Shown here in pieces: positions 41,687 to 48,763 of a DNA stretch of 48,763 nucleotides. Within the stretch, counting starts at the first letter, position 1. Every line of letters starts with the position of its first letter. A program made the translations under genes and the position numbers. Source of the stretch: Sedimentisphaerales bacterium (GTDB lineage Bacteria > Planctomycetota > Phycisphaerae > Sedimentisphaerales > SM23-30); the NCBI GenBank assembly GCA_963663805.2, contig CAXXMR010000028.1, forward strand, positions 1-48,763. Reading direction: 5' to 3'. The notes under the pieces are model-generated. The model had not been told where the DNA came from, searched no databases, and saw nothing but the letters and a program-made list of their open reading frames with translations.

Positions 41687-44173
41687 ATGATTCAAAAGCG
41701 ACTTGGAGATATGGTCAACGCCGGGAATAATTTTCTCATTACCGCTGAGTTTGTACCTCTGCCCGGCCACAATCTCGCCAACTTCGAAAAATTCCTGCAC
41801 GCCTACCCCCAACAGCGGGAGCAAATGCCCGCTGGTTTCGATCTGGCAGGTGTTACCATCCCTCAGAGTCCCGGCGGTATCGCTTCGATGAGTCCGGCTG
41901 ACATCTTCGCGGTTCTCGACAAGAAAAACCTCTGGTCAGACCTCGACGTTATCCCCCACGTAACTGCCAAGGACCACAACACCGATGCCTTGGAAACCTA
42001 CCTCATCGGTCTGCAAAAAATGGGAATGCAATCCATCCTCGCCCTGACCGGCGACAAACCAACCAAGGCCAAGGGGGTTTTTGAAGTCGAGTCCGTCGGC
42101 CTGATAGAGTTCATCAAAAAACTCAATAACGAGGCTTTCGCAAAAGCCAAACCTGAAACCTTCGACCAGGTGCCTCAGTTCTATATCGCCGCTGCTGTCT
42201 CGCAATATAAATACACCGAAGCTGCTCAGATGCAGCAGTATTTCAAAATGAAGAAAAAAATTGCTGCCGGTGCCGACACTTTCATCACCCAGCTTGGCTA
42301 TGACTACCGCAAGAGCCAGGAACTTTTCCAATATTGCCGCGAAGAATATATTAGTGTCCCGATTTTTGGCAATGTATATTTCCTTACCACCATGACCCCT
42401 GCCCCGCGCCTTATGTACCAGGGCAAACTGCCCGGCTGCGTCGTCACCAAAGAACTCTTCGGACAGCTCGCCGCCGAAACCCCCGCACAACATCTTAAAC
42501 GTGCCGCCGTCCAGGTCGCCATGTTCCGCGACCTCGGTGCCGTCGGAGTGGACCTGGGCGGCATTTTCGATTTCGATATGCTCCTCGATATTCTCAACCA
42601 GGCCGAACAAATCGGTGCGAACTGGCCCGAACACAAAGCCCTTCTCGATTATGGTGTAAAAGACGGGTTCTATTTATATGACTCCAACGATAATCGCCGC
42701 CAATGGCCAGCCCCACCCAAAACATTCCAGCATCGCTCCTACAATATTTTTCATAACGCTCTTTTTGAACCGGGCAAATGGTTTCACAATCCCGTAAAGA
42801 AAATTTTCTCTCTGAGCAAAAGTATGAGGGACGGCCACGGGACCGCCGAACATTTCTTCCATGCCGCTTTGGAAAAACCCGCTAAAAGTCTGCTCTTCAA
42901 ATGTCAGGATTGCGGCGATTGCTTCCTGCCCGAAAATTTCGGTATCTGTACCCTCGGCCGCTGCGAAAAAGGACTCAGCAATGTCCCCTGTGGCGACGCC
43001 AACCCCGATGGCACCTGCGGGAATAACCCTGATATCCCCTGCGTGGGTCAATTAGTTTACGAAGCTGCCGCCAGCGAAGGCTCGGCCGGACTCAGCAAAC
43101 TAATCCATCAGGTCAACCCGCCTCGCAACCCCCAATTGGCTAATACTTCGTCAATCCTGAATTTCTTCTTCGGACGCGATCATGCCCACCATATCGACCT
43201 CATCCGGGTTAGCGACAATCTTCATTCCTTCATCCCCAAGGTCAAAGCCGCCCTGCAAACTCTAAACGACGCCGGACCCAACGCCTTTACCAAACCGTCC
43301 GGCGCTCTTAGATATATACTGTCCCTTATTTCCGGCCAGGCCCTCAGCAATGCCGACTATATCTTCATCAATCTCGACGCTTTAGAATCTCCCGCCGCCA
43401 TAATGCCCGGCTGCATCGAACTCATAAAACGTTACGGTCGAGGCGTCCCGCCCTGCGTGGACAGCACCAGTGCCGTAAATATTGAGTCTGCTCTTTCCGT
43501 CTGGTACAAAAATAAATCGTCCCAGAGCATTACTCCCCCCATGGTACGAATTTCAAACAGGGACACTATAAGTAAATGTGCTCCTTTGCACACTCGATAC
43601 CCGTTCAAAATAATTGTTGCTATGGAAGATACGTCAGACGAAAATCCTGCCGCCGAACTCATCACCAAATACGGCTTCAGGCTCGAAGATATTTTCCTGG
43701 AACTCCCCGTAACTCCCATCATGAAAGATATTCCCGAACAGTCCCAAATAATCGGCCAGACCCACCAGACTTTCAAGGCCCTCGAAAAAATCAAACAGAA
43801 CAAATCACTCAAAGGCATAAAAACCATTATATCCTTAACAAATTGTTGCCGCTCTGTCCCCGGTCGCTCGATTGGCATCTGCCGGGCCTATCTCCAAAAG
43901 GCTCAGGGACACGGCCTAAAAGCAGTCATCACCGACGCTACCCAGAATTACGGTCTGATCCCGCCCGCTGATGATTTACTCCAACTCATCGACGCTCTGG
44001 CTCAGCAGGATGGCACCGAAAACAACTTCAATCATGCCCGCAACCTGATGAACAACTTTTGCCAGGCCAACCAAAAAACAAAAACCACAACCGCAAGCCA
44101 CAAAGCCCCGCGTGACAAAAATCCCCAACCGCAAACAGAAACTATCCGTAAAAAACTGATTTCTGACTGCTGA
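41687..44173 (+). CDS. methylenetetrahydrofolate reductase (MetF) fused to a MetV-like Cys cluster and a pterin-binding (AcsE-like) domain
   Basis: MetF motifs IPHVTAKDHN, LALTGD, KKIAAGADTFITQ; MetV-like CQDCGDC...C...CEKGLSNVPCG...C...C; C-terminal third is homologous to 44293-45255. Confidence 0.85.
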   Translation: MIQKRLGDMVNAGNNFLITAEFVPLPGHNLANFEKFLHAYPQQREQMPAGFDLAGVTIPQSPGGIASMSPADIFAVLDKKNLWSDLDVIPHVTAKDHNTDALETYLIGLQKMGMQSILALTGDKPTKAKGVFEVESVGLIEFIKKLNNEAFAKAKPETFDQVPQFYIAAAVSQYKYTEAAQMQQYFKMKKKIAAGADTFITQLGYDYRKSQELFQYCREEYISVPIFGNVYFLTTMTPAPRLMYQGKLPGCVVTKELFGQLAAETPAQHLKRAAVQVAMFRDLGAVGVDLGGIFDFDMLLDILNQAEQIGANWPEHKALLDYGVKDGFYLYDSNDNRRQWPAPPKTFQHRSYNIFHNALFEPGKWFHNPVKKIFSLSKSMRDGHGTAEHFFHAALEKPAKSLLFKCQDCGDCFLPENFGICTLGRCEKGLSNVPCGDANPDGTCGNNPDIPCVGQLVYEAAASEGSAGLSKLIHQVNPPRNPQLANTSSILNFFFGRDHAHHIDLIRVSDNLHSFIPKVKAALQTLNDAGPNAFTKPSGALRYILSLISGQALSNADYIFINLDALESPAAIMPGCIELIKRYGRGVPPCVDSTSAVNIESALSVWYKNKSSQSITPPMVRISNRDTISKCAPLHTRYPFKIIVAMEDTSDENPAAELITKYGFRLEDIFLELPVTPIMKDIPEQSQIIGQTHQTFKALEKIKQNKSLKGIKTIISLTNCCRSVPGRSIGICRAYLQKAQGHGLKAVITDATQNYGLIPPADDLLQLIDALAQQDGTENNFNHARNLMNNFCQANQKTKTTTASHKAPRDKNPQPQTETIRKKLISDC

Positions 44174-44198
44174 TTTTTTATCAGTTTGAAATACAGAT

Positions 44199-44227
44199 TT
44201 GACAAATCCCCATCCAGCATGTACGTT
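44199..44227 (+). promoter_or_regulatory. internal sigma70-type promoter
   Basis: TTGACA-N17-TACGTT. Confidence 0.5.
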
Positions 44228-44292
44228 GCATTCCCCCCGCATTGTGACGGGGCAGCGAGTATCAGGCGGCGGAAAAATAGAAAGGAACTATC

Positions 44293-45255
44293 ATGGCAGA
44301 AAAATATCTAATTCAAATTGGCGAAAGTGTCCACGCTTCAATCCCCAAAAGCGGTGCTGCGATGAAGGAACTAGCCCCAAAGGGCCCCGAAGCCTACGAA
44401 ACACCCAGTGAACCACTGGACTATATGGTTTCTCTCATTACCGACCAAGCCGCCGCCGGAGCTGATTTTATCGCGGTAAACGTTGACGCGTTCGGCGAAG
44501 ATGATCCTCAGCTCGCCGTAAAACTGATGAAACAATACGTCAAACTCGTTCGCAAACACAGCGGCGGCGTGCCCGTCTGCATAGATTCTTCCGATATGAG
44601 CGTTCTCAAAGCGGGCCTGGCCCAATGGTATCTGGACGCACCCCCAAAAATCGCCCCGCCTCTCGTAAACTCCGTAAAAGTAAGCACTATCGACGTTTTG
44701 CTGCCCTTACGCGCCAAATATCCGTTTAAGGTCATCGGTATGCTGGTCGAAGAATCCGGTTCCGCCGACAGTGTTACCGCCGAAGACCTCCACAAACTTG
44801 CCCGCACCATCTTCGATGCTGCCACCGAAAAATACGGTTTCGCCCCCCAAGACCTTTTCTTCGACACCACCACTTATCCCCTCGCCATCGATTTACCCTT
44901 GACACCCGGCACGCCAAGCTTTACATTTAGAGCGTTTAATGCGATCCGAAAGATCAAGGGCGACCCCGGGATGGTGAATGTGCACTGCTCGCTTGGGGTC
45001 TCGAACTGTGTCAGGGATCTACCCGCCCGCAAGATTGGCGTCTGCCGGGCTTACGTCGAATTGGCCCGTACCTACGGCCTCGATACCGGCATCGTCAACG
45101 TCAACCATGAATATGGCTCTAAGCCGGCGCCGCCGGAACTTATCGAGTTGGTTGACGCTTTTGCCAAACAGGACGGCTCCGCCGATAAATCCTTAGCGGC
45201 CATGGAGACTATGACCAGATTCTGCCAGGAAAACCGTAAGGGTAGCTCCAAATAA
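44293..45255 (+). CDS. pterin-binding methyltetrahydrofolate:corrinoid methyltransferase-like protein (AcsE/MetH pterin domain)
   Basis: IGESVH, QAAAGADFIAVN, VCIDSS, LVNS, LFFD, LGVSN, GLDTGIVN; AAGGA SD. Confidence 0.82.
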   Translation: MAEKYLIQIGESVHASIPKSGAAMKELAPKGPEAYETPSEPLDYMVSLITDQAAAGADFIAVNVDAFGEDDPQLAVKLMKQYVKLVRKHSGGVPVCIDSSDMSVLKAGLAQWYLDAPPKIAPPLVNSVKVSTIDVLLPLRAKYPFKVIGMLVEESGSADSVTAEDLHKLARTIFDAATEKYGFAPQDLFFDTTTYPLAIDLPLTPGTPSFTFRAFNAIRKIKGDPGMVNVHCSLGVSNCVRDLPARKIGVCRAYVELARTYGLDTGIVNVNHEYGSKPAPPELIELVDAFAKQDGSADKSLAAMETMTRFCQENRKGSSK

Positions 45256-45313
45256 TTGCTTTTGAGAGCTTCCCGTAAATAGTGGATAGTGCACGGATTA
45301 ACCAACGTGAGGA

Positions 45314-46427
45314 ATGATGGCCAAACAAGAAAAGGTCCTGGGAATACTAGAGATTACCGATAAAGGGCACGGATTTTTAAGAGACCTCGAAAAAAATTAC
45401 AGTCCCAGACCTGACGATGTTTTCGTCGGGAGCGAGCTTATTGCCGAATATTCACTGCTTGAGGGAGTTATTCTCGAAGGTACCACCTGTGTTCGACAAA
45501 AAGGCAGACCACTTGCCCTGGAAAAAATCACCAGTATTTGCGGCCATAGCACCGATGACTATCTCGACCGGACCAGATTTGAAAATTTTACGGTTATCGA
45601 CCCCCAATCGCCATTTGGCCCTTGAAACCGGACCAGAGCCATTTGGCCCGCGGGTAATTGACCTGTTCACACCCATCGGACTGGGCCAGCGCGGTCTGAT
45701 AGTCGCCCCGCCCAGAACCGGTAAAACCATTCTCCTCCAGCAGATAGCTCACGGAATCACTACCAATTATCCCGATGTTAATCTGCTGGTACTGCTCGTC
45801 GATGAAAGGCCCGAAGAAGTCACCGACATGCGCCGTAAAATTCAGGGCGAGGTCGTTGCTTCCAGCAATGACAGAAATATCGATAGCCACGTCCGACTAG
45901 CTCGCTTGGCAATGGAGCGGGCCAAACGTCTCGTCGAACTAGGCCATGACGTAGTGGTCCTGCTTGATTCCATCACCCGATTGGGACGAGCTTTCAATTC
46001 CTGGACCCGTTCCAGTGGCAGGGTAATGTCCGGCGGACTCGACATTCGTGCCTTGCAGCTGCCCAAACAGATTTTCGGCTCAGCCCGAAACGCCGAAGGC
46101 GGCGGCTCGCTCACCATACTCGCCACCGCCCTGGTAGATACCGGCAGCCGCATGGATGAGGTCATTTTCCAGGAGTTCAAAGGCACCGGCAATATGGAAC
46201 TGATACTTGATCGCCAGCTTGCCAACCAGCGTATCTGGCCCGCGGTAAACCTCCAGGAATCCGGAACCCGCAAAGAAGAACTGCTCATCGACCAGGACTC
46301 GCTCGAAAAAATCGCCCGCCTCCGTCGCCATCTCGACAGTATGCCGGTCGGACAGGATGTGAAAATGCTTATCCAGGCCCTCAGAAAGCATAAATCGAAC
46401 CGGGAATTACTGGCGGAACTGCCTTAA
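45314..46427 (+). CDS. rho: transcription termination factor Rho, short form (one apparent extra C at ~45603)
   Basis: GILEITDKGHGFLR, PIGLGQRGLIVAPPRTGKT, DERPEEVTD, DSITRL, EFKGTGNME, SGTRKEELL. Confidence 0.96.
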
Positions 46428-46430
46428 ATC

Positions 46431-47099
46431 TTAACCGGTCTGGGAATTAAAAGAAGAGGGGTCTTCAGATTCGTCGTCAGAGGGCGGTTGCAGTTTGTCC
46501 GCTTGACTGCGTTCCTTAGCTTCTCGCGACTGCCGACGCTTCCGACGCAGCAGCATTCGTCGCACGTGCAATCTGCCCAGTGGCGTATGACTGCGATACC
46601 AGTTTATCACCCGAAAGCTTACCAGATAAATTATCAAAGCCGCCAGCAGCCCCACCACAACACTGCCGACCCAAAGCTCCAGCCCCACCGTCATCAGCAC
46701 ACCCGAAAACTCCAGCCAGAAATGCCCCGTAAATAATTCCGTAAAACCCGCCCCACTCACTTTCGCCATCAACTCACGCATCTGAGCGTAGCTCATATCA
46801 TGCCCGCCACTCCACGAGCTTATCAGATACCGACCCAGCACATAATTGAAAAAATACACCGGCGGAATCGTAAGGGGATTCGTAATCCAGACCATCGGCA
46901 GCCCCACCAGTTTGTTGGCTTTAACCACCGAAGCCAGCAGCAGCACGATAATCATTTGAAAACCGACCGTCGGCGTCAGACCCACAAACATCCCCAGCGC
47001 AATCCCCAACGCCAGGCGATGTGGGGTATCGTCCGCATGCAGTATCTTAAAGAAAATAAACTGCCGCGTTCGCCGATATATTTTGCCTATTGGTATCAC
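46431..47099 (-). CDS. DUF2062 family membrane protein
   Basis: DTPHRLALGIALGMFVGLTP...WITNPLTIPP. Confidence 0.85.
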   Translation of the reverse strand: MIPIGKIYRRTRQFIFFKILHADDTPHRLALGIALGMFVGLTPTVGFQMIIVLLLASVVKANKLVGLPMVWITNPLTIPPVYFFNYVLGRYLISSWSGGHDMSYAQMRELMAKVSGAGFTELFTGHFWLEFSGVLMTVGLELWVGSVVVGLLAALIIYLVSFRVINWYRSHTPLGRLHVRRMLLRRKRRQSREAKERSQADKLQPPSDDESEDPSSFNSQTG

Positions 47100-48763
47100 G
47101 ATTCAGTCATCAAACCTTTAACTTTATCCCACACTTCATCGACACCGATATTATCAATCCGATGTCGCTCATCCACGCTGTACCTGCCCTGGCGAGCCAA
47201 ACCTTTGCCCGCCTCAATTACCGCCTCATTTTGTCCGTAAGGCCCGACAATCGCCGGGTTGGTCGGACCATACAACGCCACCAGCCTCACGCCCAAAGCT
47301 GCCGCGATATGCAGCGGACCTGAGTCGTTACCGATAACCAGCCGACTCGTCCGCAGCAGCTCAACAACTTCCGCCAACGCCGTCTGGCCTGCCAAATCAA
47401 CCACAGCCTCACCCTCCAGCCTTTTAACCTCAGCCGCCAGCTCCTGTTCAGCTGCGCCGTGACCAACCAATACCGATAACAGGCCGAAATTGTCCCATAT
47501 TCGCCCAGCCAACTCCGCAAATCGCTCTGCCGGCCAACGCTTCGACTGCTCCGTACCGCCTATCAGCAGTACCACATATCCCTTATCGGCCTGATAACTT
47601 GCAGGATTAAGCCCGACTTTCGCTCGAACATTATCGCAAGCTGGCTCGTCCTTCGGCAAATTAAAATATGGTTTCTCAGTCTCAATCCCCAACGCGGAGA
47701 GAAAACGCCCATAACTCACCGAGATATGTTCTTCCTCTGGTATTCTAATCTTTTCGCTGTAAAAAATCCCGGCAAATTCCCGAGCGTTTTCAAAGCCCAG
47801 ACGAACCCCGCAACCCGTACGCCACGCGAAAAAACCGCTCCGAAACAACCCCTGCAAATCCAGAACCAGATCAAAACCGTAGTACGGCAGTTCCCTGATA
47901 AGTTTGATAATCCCCGCCGCGTTTTTCCGCGGAAACTCCAGTAGCTCCAAACCTTCCAGATTTCTCAAAACCGGCGCAATATCCGAACGCACCAGCCACG
48001 AAATCCGGGCATCAGGCCAACGCTCACGCAACGCATAATAAACACCCAGACAACGGACTACATCACCCAAAGCGCTCGGCTTGATTATCAGGATATTCTT
48101 GTAATCACCCTTAGAATCTTCAATATTCCGTTTGCGATATTTCCGCAAAGACCCCGCCGACCGAACCTTAACCCGTTTAATCAGCATCCGCCACAATTTA
48201 TGACGTGACGCCCGGTCATTTAGTTCCGGTAGATGTCTTTCACGCAGATAGCAGTGCAGTACCCGCCCGTAATCACTCATCCGAACTTTGTCCAGATGAT
48301 AAATCGAACTGCCCAGCCTCACTAACGTCCGGTTCGCCATAAATCGATCATCCCACCACCAACGCTTCCGCAGACCATCCAAATCTATTAGTGTCGGCCG
48401 AAAACCGCCTTCAGACGAACTGCCTATTATAATATTGCTCGCCTTGAAATCGTGATGCTCCAAACCCCGACGCATCAGATTTACCAGAATCGCCGCGATA
48501 CTGCCAGCCAGATCCCAACGCTCAGACGACTTAACCGGTAGTTCTTCTCCGACTATCATTCTGTGCAGAGATGTTGACTGTCCTAGATTCTCGCATATCA
48601 GAATAGATTTACACATCAGGCCCAGCCGTTTGTATTCCAGCACCGCCATAGGCCAGGCTGTAGCGATATTCCGGTTCACCAGTTTGTGGGCCCGCTTCCA
48701 GTGTCGCGCCGCCCGGCTCATCCTGAGCATCTTCAAACCGTTTATCCAGATATTGTCTAAATC
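47096..48763 (-). CDS. Kdo/WaaP-like LPS kinase fused to a GT9 heptosyltransferase (5'-truncated by the window edge)
   Basis: Kinase motifs HHDFKASN and LIDLDG; GT9 motifs ILIIKPSALGDVV, DLQGLFRS, KRWP, GNDSGPLHIAAA, LYGPT. Frame is open to the window end. Confidence 0.85.
   Translation of the reverse strand, partial: DLDNIWINGLKMLRMSRAARHWKRAHKLVNRNIATAWPMAVLEYKRLGLMCKSILICENLGQSTSLHRMIVGEELPVKSSERWDLAGSIAAILVNLMRRGLEHHDFKASNIIIGSSSEGGFRPTLIDLDGLRKRWWWDDRFMANRTLVRLGSSIYHLDKVRMSDYGRVLHCYLRERHLPELNDRASRHKLWRMLIKRVKVRSAGSLRKYRKRNIEDSKGDYKNILIIKPSALGDVVRCLGVYYALRERWPDARISWLVRSDIAPVLRNLEGLELLEFPRKNAAGIIKLIRELPYYGFDLVLDLQGLFRSGFFAWRTGCGVRLGFENAREFAGIFYSEKIRIPEEEHISVSYGRFLSALGIETEKPYFNLPKDEPACDNVRAKVGLNPASYQADKGYVVLLIGGTEQSKRWPAERFAELAGRIWDNFGLLSVLVGHGAAEQELAAEVKRLEGEAVVDLAGQTALAEVVELLRTSRLVIGNDSGPLHIAAALGVRLVALYGPTNPAIVGPYGQNEAVIEAGKGLARQGRYSVDERHRIDNIGVDEVWDKVKGLMTES

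Overview
A 48.8-kb bacterial chromosomal window, most likely from an anaerobic planctomycete (Phycisphaerae/Sedimentisphaerales-like). This is an inference from a DUF1559-type prepilin gene, Cys-flanked dockerin/EF-hand C-terminal tags and LPS genes. Housekeeping genes: clpX, tatA, purD, dsbD, rny-TIGR00282(ymdB)-xseA-xseB, aspS, a ygiQ-like radical SAM gene, groES-groEL and rho. Accessory blocks: a LacI/IclR-flanked secreted-glycan-degradation-like locus (29.2-41.5 kb) and a methyl-folate module (MetF-MetV-AcsE-like triple fusion plus a stand-alone AcsE-like paralogue). Several genes in 1-13 kb, and rho, are split by 1-2 nt indels in homopolymer or dinucleotide runs; these look like long-read errors rather than pseudogenes. 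I found no rRNA, tRNA, CRISPR array or transposase. The most striking unexplained elements are: (1) a ~580-nt, apparently non-coding, densely base-paired multi-domain region between a sigma70-type promoter and the RNase Y start codon, whose last domain sequesters the rny ribosome-binding site and has a competing upstream pairing; (2) a second ~290-nt hairpin array ending in an orphan terminator at 19.9-20.15 kb; (3) the MetF-MetV-degenerate-AcsE fusion; (4) a sigma54-type promoter in front of an atypical receiver gene abutting groES-groEL; (5) a sensor kinase with a CX4CH heme-like motif. All structures were paired by eye, not computed.
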